From Armatimonadia bacterium (GTDB lineage: Bacteria; Armatimonadota; Zipacnadia; Zipacnadales; UBA11051): a stretch of DNA of 26,496 nucleotides. Position 1 is the stretch's first letter. Each line of letters starts with the position of its first letter. The DNA lies in NCBI GenBank assembly GCA_039683575.1, contig JBDKRC010000006.1:1-26496 (forward strand). Direction: 5' to 3'. Below the pieces are notes generated by a model. It did no database searches. It was not told the DNA's origin and saw only the letters and a program-made list of their open reading frames with translations. Below, one piece after another: positions 1 to 7,028 of the stretch. The translations under genes were made by a program, and so were the position numbers.

Positions 1-60
1 CTGCAGTTGTTCGAGCACCTTGCTGTAGTTGCGTTCCTTGTGGCTCATCAGTAACTTCAT
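1..60 (-). CDS. N-terminus of IS1202/ISNCY-type transposase (partial; MKLLMSHKERNYSKVLEQLQ...)
   Basis: ATG at 60-58, open to the window edge. The MSxKExxxxxVL start resembles IS1202-group transposases and lies just inside the terminal repeat. Confidence 0.65.
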   Translation of the reverse strand, partial: MKLLMSHKERNYSKVLEQLQ

Positions 61-127
61 GCCCTTCAGTTCGCCGAAGGGACATTTCTACTTTGCACAA
101 GAGGGACATTACTACTTGGCAGCGACA
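1..127 (-). mobile_element. Left end of an IS1202-family (ISNCY-type) insertion sequence, truncated by the window edge
   Basis: The minus strand begins TGTCGCTGCCAAGTAGTAATGTCCC...GCAAAGTAGAAATGTCCC: a TGT terminus at 127 plus two internal ~18-bp repeats (79-96 GGGACATTTCTACTTTGC; 103-120 GGGACATTACTACTTGGC). A transposase-like ORF start follows immediately. Confidence 0.75.
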
Positions 128-144
128 GTGGCCCATCCCCAATC

Positions 145-173
145 TTGACGGCCTATCACTGTCAGACTATACT
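145..173 (+). promoter_or_regulatory. Sigma70-type promoter for the ileS operon
   Basis: TTGACG (145-150), 17-bp spacer, TATACT (168-173). Confidence 0.8.
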
Positions 174-296
174 ATTTGACCAATTGGCGCTGCCTCTCGC
201 AGCGCTTCGTAGCATCCGGCGCGCGGGCACTAATCCCGCGCGTTCTCCGCATCTGAACTTCACAGCCACTACCTGCGTCTGCCACTCCGTTTGTGC

Positions 297-324
297 GAGC
301 CGCGGAGCGATCCGGGGTTTCTTT
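297..324 (+). terminator. Terminator-like hairpin in the ileS leader (possible attenuator)
   Basis: GAGCC-G-CGGA / GCGA tetraloop / TCCG-G-GGTTT, followed by CTTT. Confidence 0.5.
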
Positions 325-387
325 GCTACCCGCTACCCACCGCTCTCGCCCTGCGGACGTGGCCCAACCGCCTGAAAGCCTACTGCC

Positions 388-3165
388 ATGGACTATCGCC
401 AAACACTAAACCTGCTCCAGACCGAATTCCCCCTCAAGGGCAACCTGCCCCAGCGCGAGCCTGAGATCCTCAAGCTCTGGGAAGAGTGGGATATCTACCG
501 CCTCGTCCGCAAACAGCGCGAGGGCGCGCCCAAGTACGTGCTGCACGACGGCCCGCCTTACGCCAATGGCAACATCCATCTGGGCCAGGCGCTCAACAAG
601 ATTCTCAAAGACATAACGATGAAGTACAAGACCATGCGCGGGTATGACTGCCCGTACGTCCCCGGGTGGGACACGCAGGGTCTGCCGACCGAGCAAAGCG
701 TCGCCAAGGAATACGACATCGACCGCCACAGCCTCCCGCCGCTGCAGTGGCGCGCGAAGTGCCGCGACCTGGCCCTGCGCTATGTAGACCTGCAGCGCGG
801 ACAGTTCAAGCGGCTCGGCGTGCGCGGCGACTGGGAGAACCCCTATCTGACCCTCAACCCGGAGTATCAGGCCCGGCAGATCGAGGCCTTCGCCAAGATC
901 GCCCTCAAGGGCCTCGTCTACCGCCGCGAGCGGCCCGTCTACTGGTGCTATCACTGCGAGACGGCTCTGGCCGAGGACGAGATCGAGTACGCCACCAAGG
1001 AAAGCCCGGCAATCTACGTCGGCTTCCCGGTCCCCGAGGCGCACGAGCGCTTCGCCGAGCTTCCCGCCGGCGCCACCGCCGAGGCCGTCATCTGGACCAC
1101 CACGCCGTGGACTCTGCCCGGCAACACCGCCACCGCCGTCAGCGGCAGTGATGACTATGTCCTCGCCCGCTTCGGCGAGCGCTACCTGATCGTCGCGAAG
1201 GCGCTTCTCGCCAAGGTCGCTGATGAGTGTGGCCTGGGCGAGCCGGAAGTCCTGGCGACCAGGAAGGGCCGCGAACTGGAGGGCCTCGTCGCCCGCCACC
1301 CGCTCTACGACCGCTGCTCGCCGGTAGTTTTGGCCGATTATGTAGAAATGGAATCCGGAACCGGCCTCGTGCACACCGCTCCCGGCCATGGGCTTGAGGA
1401 CTTCGAGACCGGCCTGCGCTGCAACCTTCCGGTCATCAGCCCTGTTGACGACTACGGCAGGTTCACCACCGAGGCGGGGGAGAGGCTGACCGGCAAGGTC
1501 GTCGATCAGGCCAATGCCATGATCATCGCCTGGCTCGAAGAAGCCGGCGCGCTGCTCAATGCCGGTAAGATCGAGCACGAATACCCCCACTGCTGGCGCT
1601 GTCATCTCCCGGTGATCTACCGGGCCACCAAGCAGTGGTTCATGGACATCGAGAAGGTCCGGCAGTCCGCCCTCGACGAGATCGCGAAGGTCCACTGGGT
1701 CCCCGCCTGGGGCGAGAGCCGCATCGCCGGCATGGTCCAGGCCCGCCCGGACTGGTGCATCTCCCGCCAGCGCGTCTGGGGTGTCCCCATCCCGGTCTTC
1801 TATTGCGCTGACTGCGACGAGACCCTCCTCACCGAGGAGAGCACTAACGCGATCCGCGACCTCGTGGCCGAGCATGGCGCGGACGTCTGGTTCGAGCGAG
1901 AGCCGCAGGACCTGCTGCCCGCCGGCACCACCTGCGCCAAGTGCGGCGGCAGCAACTTCATCAAAGAACCGGACATCATGTCCGTGTGGTTTGACTCGGG
2001 CGTCTCGCACTACTGCGTGCTTGATACCCACGACGAGTTGACCAACCCGGCCGACCTCTACCTGGAGGGTGACGACCAGTACCAGTGCTGGTTCCAGACC
2101 TCGCTGTGGGCTGCGATGGCCCTTGGCCGCCCTGCGCCCTTCAAGACCGTCGTCGGCCATGCCTTCTTCGTGGATGAGACGGGCCACAAGCTCTCCAAGA
2201 GCAAGGGCAACATCATCCCGCCGACGGACATCACCGACAAGTTCGGCGCGGACGTCCTGCGCATGTGGTTCACCTACGCGGACTTCCGCCGCAAGATGTA
2301 CGCCGCCGAGAGCATCTACGAGCAGGTGGCCGACGCCTACCGCAAGATCCGTTTCACCTGCCGCTTCATGCTCCAGAACCTGCAGGACTTCAACCCTGAG
2401 ACCGACGCCCTCGCCTACGGTGACCTCCTTGAGGTCGACAAGTGGGCTCTGAGCCGCGTGTCGTGGCTCTGCGGGCGCATGACCGACGCCTTCGACAACT
2501 GGAACCTGCATCTCTTCTACCATGAAGTGCATTCCTTCTGCGTCACCGACCTCAGCGCGTTCTACCTGAACGTGCTCAAGGACCGGCTCTACACCGAGCT
2601 TCCGGCCTCCCACGCCCGCCGCTCGGCCCAGACCGCGCTGTGGGAAATCCTCATGGCGCTGGTGAAGATCATCGCCCCCGTGCTGACCTTCACCTCCGAG
2701 GAAGTCTGGCAGCAGTGCCGCAAGCTCGACGGCCGCCTGTCGCAGAGCGTGCAGACCGCAGACTGGCCGCAGCCGCCCGCCGAGTGGTCGCAGCCGGAAC
2801 TTGCTGCGCGCTGGGATGTTCTCATGCAGGTGCGGGAGATCGCGCTGCAGGCCCTTGAAGACGCCAAAAACCGTGGCGAAGCCGAGAACCCGCTGGAGGC
2901 AGCCATCGAGATCACCTGCTCGAAAGAGACTTGCGCGGCCCTCGCGCCGCTGGCCGAGCAACTGCCTGGCCTTTTGATCGTTTCGCAAGTGATCTTGCGC
3001 GAGGCGGAGGAACCCGTGGAGGGTGTGGCGAATGTGGTGGCCCGGCGCAGTGAGGGCGAGAAGTGCCAGCGCTGCTGGATGGTGCTCCCCTCGGTCGGTC
3101 AGGACCCTGAGCACGCGACTCTCTGCAGCCGCTGCGCAGCCAACGTGAAGGCATTGACCCAATAA
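388..3165 (+). CDS. ileS: Isoleucine--tRNA ligase, type 1 (C-terminal Zn finger)
   Basis: LHDGPPYANG, HIGH-like HLGQ, WTTTPWTLP editing motif, GTGLVHTAPGHG, DWCISRQR, KLSKS, C-terminal CQRCW...CSRC; 925 aa. Confidence 0.97.
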   Translation: MDYRQTLNLLQTEFPLKGNLPQREPEILKLWEEWDIYRLVRKQREGAPKYVLHDGPPYANGNIHLGQALNKILKDITMKYKTMRGYDCPYVPGWDTQGLPTEQSVAKEYDIDRHSLPPLQWRAKCRDLALRYVDLQRGQFKRLGVRGDWENPYLTLNPEYQARQIEAFAKIALKGLVYRRERPVYWCYHCETALAEDEIEYATKESPAIYVGFPVPEAHERFAELPAGATAEAVIWTTTPWTLPGNTATAVSGSDDYVLARFGERYLIVAKALLAKVADECGLGEPEVLATRKGRELEGLVARHPLYDRCSPVVLADYVEMESGTGLVHTAPGHGLEDFETGLRCNLPVISPVDDYGRFTTEAGERLTGKVVDQANAMIIAWLEEAGALLNAGKIEHEYPHCWRCHLPVIYRATKQWFMDIEKVRQSALDEIAKVHWVPAWGESRIAGMVQARPDWCISRQRVWGVPIPVFYCADCDETLLTEESTNAIRDLVAEHGADVWFEREPQDLLPAGTTCAKCGGSNFIKEPDIMSVWFDSGVSHYCVLDTHDELTNPADLYLEGDDQYQCWFQTSLWAAMALGRPAPFKTVVGHAFFVDETGHKLSKSKGNIIPPTDITDKFGADVLRMWFTYADFRRKMYAAESIYEQVADAYRKIRFTCRFMLQNLQDFNPETDALAYGDLLEVDKWALSRVSWLCGRMTDAFDNWNLHLFYHEVHSFCVTDLSAFYLNVLKDRLYTELPASHARRSAQTALWEILMALVKIIAPVLTFTSEEVWQQCRKLDGRLSQSVQTADWPQPPAEWSQPELAARWDVLMQVREIALQALEDAKNRGEAENPLEAAIEITCSKETCAALAPLAEQLPGLLIVSQVILREAEEPVEGVANVVARRSEGEKCQRCWMVLPSVGQDPEHATLCSRCAANVKALTQ

Positions 3166-3211
3166 GAAGCGTTGCATTAGTCGCAAGCACCGCAGACCCA
3201 TACCAAAACGC

Positions 3212-3287
3212 GTAGGACTGGCGTCCCGCCCGTCTCTCAACATACGCAAGACAAACACACAACGCGTAGTGCGGGCGTCTCGCCCGC
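3212..3287 (+). repeat. Two tandem GTAG-type REP palindromes (class A)
   Basis: GTAGGACTGGCGTCCCGCCCGTC (3212-3234) and GTAGTGCGGGCGTCTCGCCCGC (3266-3287). The same pair recurs at 26370-26425. Confidence 0.85.
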
Positions 3288-3352
3288 TCTCCGAGGCCGC
3301 AAGTCTGAGGTTGACAGAGTGGGGGAACGCCCCGTTTTCAGGAGGAGTATCT

Positions 3353-3727
3353 GTGGCACAGCGCAAGATGGACATGACCAAGTTCAAAGAAGCACTGCTG
3401 GCGGAACGGGACAGGCTACAAGAACAGCTTCGGCGCATTGACGACCGCACGGCGGGACGGGATCGCCTCGATTCCATGGTCTCGGCTGAAGATTTCGACG
3501 AACCCGGTGGCGACGCCGCCTCCGATACCCTCGAGCGCTCTCAGGCGATGGCCATAGGCGAGAACTTCCGCGACATGCTCGCGCACGTGGAGCATGCGCT
3601 TGAGAAGATGGAAAAAGGCACGTACGGCCAGTGTGACTCGTGCGGCAAGAACATCGCCAAGGCCCGGCTGGAGTTCCTCCCGTGGGCTGCGATGTGCGCC
3701 GATTGCCGCAAGCGACTCGGGTCATGA
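3353..3727 (+). CDS. TraR/DksA family C4 zinc-finger protein
   Basis: GTG start after AGGAGGAG; coiled coil, then GTYGQCDSCGKNIAKARLEFLPWAAMCADC; 124 aa. The track's upstream start at 3269 lies inside a REP. Confidence 0.9.
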   Translation: MAQRKMDMTKFKEALLAERDRLQEQLRRIDDRTAGRDRLDSMVSAEDFDEPGGDAASDTLERSQAMAIGENFRDMLAHVEHALEKMEKGTYGQCDSCGKNIAKARLEFLPWAAMCADCRKRLGS

Positions 3728-4287
3728 CGCAGGACGGGACTGCAATGACTGAAAACAGGGCGTCGGAGACTCCTGTGCCCGATAAGACCCAGGGCCGGCG
3801 GTATGGCCGCCGGCTCTTTGTCATTGTGGCTGTTGGGGTGGCTCTCTTCGACCAGCTTACCAAGCTACTGGTCGTGCAGCATCTGCAGCTTGGGCTGCCC
3901 CAGCCGCTCATTCGTGGCTTCTTGAGCCTGACGCTGGCCCAGAACCGTGGAGGGGCCTGGGGCGTCATGGCCGGCTCGCACCATGTCCTGACCGCGATTG
4001 CCGCGCTGCTGATCATCGGTCTCCTGGCCTTCGGGGTGAGTCGCCGCCCGCGTAGCCCGTGGGTGAACGTCGCCCTCGCGCTGCTGCTTGGTGGCGCTCT
4101 CGGCAATCTCGCCGACCGCCTCCATCTCGGTTATGTGGTGGACTTCATAGACTTCTCCTTCTGGCCCACCTTCAACGTTGCTGATATTGCCATTAGCACG
4201 GGAGCGACCATGGTCCTGCTCGACGCCATCCGCGGCGGCCCGGCGCCAGCACCTTGCACCCCCGCCAAAGATGAGGAGACCGTCTGA
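3724..4287 (+). CDS. lspA: Lipoprotein signal peptidase (SPase II)
   Basis: DQLTK, NRGGAWG, GGALGNLADRL, VVDFI, FNVADIAI. ATGA overlap with the upstream stop; alternative start at 3745. Confidence 0.95.
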   Translation: MTQDGTAMTENRASETPVPDKTQGRRYGRRLFVIVAVGVALFDQLTKLLVVQHLQLGLPQPLIRGFLSLTLAQNRGGAWGVMAGSHHVLTAIAALLIIGLLAFGVSRRPRSPWVNVALALLLGGALGNLADRLHLGYVVDFIDFSFWPTFNVADIAISTGATMVLLDAIRGGPAPAPCTPAKDEETV

Positions 4288-5276
4288 TGCGCCCCGTACT
4301 GGTGAGCCTTGGCCCGTGGGGCTACCTCGCCCTCCCTGTTATCTTCGTTGTCCTGTATCTCCTGATGCTTGCCTGGCAGTGGGCCGAGGCCCGCTGGGGC
4401 GAGGGCAAGCCCCTCAACGTTGCCCGCGCCGTCCTCACCGCCCTGCCTGCGGCCGTGCTGACGGTCCTGGTCTTCCTCCTCGTCAACCGCTTTGCCCCCG
4501 TCGAGATCAAGTCCTGGGGCACCATGCTGGTCCTCGCCTTCGCGGCGGGTACCATCTGGCTCGCCAAATGGGGCGATAAGCGGGTCATCAAGCCGCCGGA
4601 AGCCCTCGATCTCGCCCTCTTCTGCCTCATCGGCGCCATCATCGGCGCGCGCCTCATCTTCGTAGCCCTCGACTGGGACCAGTACGCCCAAAATCCCGGC
4701 CACCTGCTCAACGTCTGGGAGGGCGGCCTCTCCTTCCATGGCGGCCTGCTGGGCGCAATCCTCGCGGGACTGCTCTTCGCGCGCCTGCGCAGTATCAACT
4801 TCTGGGCCCTCGCCGATGAAGTCTGCCCCGGCATCGCCATCGGCTACGCCATAGCCCGCATCGGCTGCTTCCTCAATGGCTGCTGCCATGGCCACCCCTG
4901 CAACCTGCCCTGGGCGATGGTCTTCCCGCACGGCGAAATCAACGACCGCCCCGTCCATCCGACCCAGCTTTACGCCATGGCGGCCTCGCTGGTAATATTC
5001 GCGATCCTCGTCAAGCTGCGGGGCAAGTTCCCGCGCGCCGGCCACCTTTTCGGCGCCTATCTCGCCCTCTACTCGATTCAGCGCTACTTGCTCGAAATGA
5101 CGCGTGCGGGCGCCACGGGCAAGCTCCTGCTGCCCTGGCTGACTGTAGGCCAGTTGGCCTCGGTGCTCATTTTCCTCGTCGTCGTGGTGATCATGGCGTT
5201 GACCTGGCGGGCGAAGCCAGCCCAGGAAGCCCCTCAGACCGGCGGAGGCAAGCATGGCTCCGGCCCCCGGCGCTAG
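4287..5276 (+). CDS. lgt: Prolipoprotein diacylglyceryl transferase with an N-terminal two-TM insertion
   Basis: IIGARL, GGLSFHGG, ARIGCFLNGCC, VHPTQLY, RYLLE; multi-TM protein; adjacent to lspA. Confidence 0.9.
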   Translation: MRPVLVSLGPWGYLALPVIFVVLYLLMLAWQWAEARWGEGKPLNVARAVLTALPAAVLTVLVFLLVNRFAPVEIKSWGTMLVLAFAAGTIWLAKWGDKRVIKPPEALDLALFCLIGAIIGARLIFVALDWDQYAQNPGHLLNVWEGGLSFHGGLLGAILAGLLFARLRSINFWALADEVCPGIAIGYAIARIGCFLNGCCHGHPCNLPWAMVFPHGEINDRPVHPTQLYAMAASLVIFAILVKLRGKFPRAGHLFGAYLALYSIQRYLLEMTRAGATGKLLLPWLTVGQLASVLIFLVVVVIMALTWRAKPAQEAPQTGGGKHGSGPRR

Positions 5277-6342
5277 AGAGTTTGCCATACCGTCTGAATT
5301 GGCTGGCCAGCGCCTCGACAAGGTCGTCATCGCCCTCGCCCCCGACCTCACCCGCAGCGCTGCCCAGAGGCTGCTCAAAGACGGTCTGGTGCTGCTCGAC
5401 GGCGCCCCCGCCCGGGCCTCCGACAAGCCCGCCGCCGGGCAGACTCTCGTCATCTGCCCCGCCATCCCCGAGCCACTCGACCTCAAGGCCGAAGACATCC
5501 CGCTCGACGTGGTCTACGAAGATGACGACGTGCTGGTGGTCAACAAGCCCCCGGACATGGTCGTCCACCCCGCTAAGGGCCACCAGGACGGCACCCTCGT
5601 CAACGCGCTGCTCTCCCACTGCCGCCTCAGCACGGCCGGCGAGGATATCCGGCCCGGCATCGTCCACCGTCTCGACCAGCATACCTCCGGCCTGCTCCTG
5701 ATCGCCAAGCACGACCAGTCCCACGTCGCCCTCAGCCGCCAGGTGGAGGCCCACGAGGCCCGTCGCGTCTACGAGGCCCTCGTCTGGGGTCACCCGCAGC
5801 CCCCCAGCGGCACCGTCCGCACAGGCTTCGGCCGCCATCCCCACCACCGCACGATGATGGCGGTCATGGAAGAGGGCCGCGGCCGCGAGGCAATCACCCA
5901 CTACCGCACCATGGAAGCCTACGAGGTAGTCTGGCAGCCCTCCGACTGTAGGGCGGGGGCTCGTACCCCGCCAGCCGTTATCGCCGACCAACTAGACGGC
6001 GGGGTGCAAGCCCCCGCCCTACAATCCGGCCGCCCGCGCAAGCGCCAGGCCGCCCTCATCGAGTGCGTCCTCGAAACCGGCCGCACCCACCAGATCCGCG
6101 TCCATCTCGCTCACCTCGGCTGCCCGCTCATCGGCGATCCAGTGTATGGAGACGCCGTCCGCGACCAGGCTGGCCCGCCGGAACTCGACGCCCTGGTTGC
6201 CGCGCTGCCCGGTCAGGCCCTGCACGCGCTCCAGCTAACCTTCCGCCACCCGCGCACGAACGAGGAGATCACCGTCCGTGCCGCAGAGCCCCCGGCCTTC
6301 GCCAATCTCAAGGCCTTCCTGCACTCCTCGCGCCGCCCCTAA
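5254..6342 (+). CDS. rluD: RluA/RluD-family pseudouridine synthase with S4 domain; carries an in-frame REPIN
   Basis: RLDK (S4), VNKPPDMVVHP, HRLDQHTSG (catalytic Asp), LETGRTHQIRVH, IGDPVYG, QALHA; GGAGG RBS. Confidence 0.9.
   Translation: MAPAPGAREFAIPSELAGQRLDKVVIALAPDLTRSAAQRLLKDGLVLLDGAPARASDKPAAGQTLVICPAIPEPLDLKAEDIPLDVVYEDDDVLVVNKPPDMVVHPAKGHQDGTLVNALLSHCRLSTAGEDIRPGIVHRLDQHTSGLLLIAKHDQSHVALSRQVEAHEARRVYEALVWGHPQPPSGTVRTGFGRHPHHRTMMAVMEEGRGREAITHYRTMEAYEVVWQPSDCRAGARTPPAVIADQLDGGVQAPALQSGRPRKRQAALIECVLETGRTHQIRVHLAHLGCPLIGDPVYGDAVRDQAGPPELDALVAALPGQALHALQLTFRHPRTNEEITVRAAEPPAFANLKAFLHSSRRP
5947..6023. repeat. 77-bp REPIN (inverted pair of class-B REPs) inside the rluD coding sequence
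   Basis: TGTAGGGCGGGGGCTCGTACCCCGCC, 25-nt spacer, GGCGGGGTGCAAGCCCCCGCCCTACA. The two arms match at 23/25 positions as an inverted repeat. Confidence 0.9.
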
Positions 6343-6379
6343 CCTCTTCCGCGTTCCCGCCTCACCCCTCCCCCCACTT

Positions 6380-6408
6380 TTGACTTGCCCTCCCCCTCTT
6401 GTTATAAT
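6380..6408 (+). promoter_or_regulatory. Near-consensus sigma70 promoter with extended -10 for the lipid A operon
   Basis: TTGACT (6380-6385), 17-bp spacer, TATAAT (6403-6408), with TG at 6400-6401. Confidence 0.85.
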
Positions 6409-6464
6409 CACCAAACTCACCCCATGTGGGTATGCACGCCGGCGGCGGTTGAGCTGGAAACGGT

Positions 6465-6494
6465 AAGCGGCATCGGTTGATGCCGCTTTACTTT
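6465..6494 (+). terminator. Hairpin in the fabZ leader (terminator of the upstream operon, or attenuator)
   Basis: AAGCGGCATC-GGTT-GATGCCGCTT perfect 10-bp stem, followed by TACTTT. Confidence 0.5.
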
Positions 6495-6526
6495 GTGATT
6501 CCGGGCGACACAGGAGGCCTTCTCAG

Positions 6527-6964
6527 ATGTCTATGGATATTAAGGGGATCATGAACATACTGCCGCACCGGTACCCGTTCCTGCTCGTAGACCGGATTCT
6601 TGAGCTCGAGCCCGGCGTGCGGGCGGTTGGCCTTAAGAACGTAACCGCCAACGAGCCGCAGTTTACCGGCCACTGGCCCGAGAATCCCGTCATGCCCGGC
6701 GTGCTCATGCTCGAGGCCATGGCCCAGGTCGGCGGCATCTTCCTGCTCTCCGAGGCCGAAACCGCCGGCAAGACCGCTTTCTTCGCCGGCATGGACGCCA
6801 TCAAGTTCCGCCGCCAGGTCGGCCCTGGCGACCAGCTGACGATCACAGCCGAGCTTATTCGCCGCAAGGGCGGCATTGGGAAAGTTGCCGTTGTCGCCAA
6901 AGTGGGCGACGAGGTAGCAGTTGAGGGTGAATTCATGTTTGCGCTGGTAGACAACGGGCGTTAG
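6527..6964 (+). CDS. fabZ: 3-hydroxyacyl-ACP dehydratase
   Basis: LPHRYPFLLVDR, GHWPENPVMPGVLMLEAMAQ; CAGGAGG RBS. Confidence 0.97.
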   Translation: MSMDIKGIMNILPHRYPFLLVDRILELEPGVRAVGLKNVTANEPQFTGHWPENPVMPGVLMLEAMAQVGGIFLLSEAETAGKTAFFAGMDAIKFRRQVGPGDQLTITAELIRRKGGIGKVAVVAKVGDEVAVEGEFMFALVDNGR

Positions 6965-7028
6965 CTCCCGTCTCACCGGCCCTCTGACCACGCCGGATAT
7001 CCGCATTGTCGCTTCAGGAGGAGCCGCT

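Noticed and set aside
128-170. dif/xrs site next to the IS1202-like end
   Set aside because: No XerD-like TTATGTTAAA arm or 11-6-11 arrangement is visible.
145-375. 76-aa ORF as an ileS leader peptide
   Set aside because: Its TTG start is the -35 hexamer, upstream of the predicted TSS, and it has no Ile-codon run.
180-387. T-box riboswitch
   Set aside because: No GGTGGNACC antiterminator signature or recognisable stem I motifs by eye; kept only as an unexplained structured leader.
3311-3340. TTGACA promoter before the dksA-like gene
   Set aside because: No plausible -10 hexamer at 16-18 bp spacing.
406-3477. 1023-aa minus-strand ORF and other long antisense ORFs (4131-5498, 14388-16214, 22214-23176)
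   Set aside because: Shadows of strongly biased high-GC codon usage in the + strand genes; they show no recognisable motifs.
5947-6023. Cys-initiated inserts as mini-inteins
   Set aside because: At 26 aa they are far too short for a HINT fold and lack a His-Asn end; the Cys comes from the TGTAG REP head.
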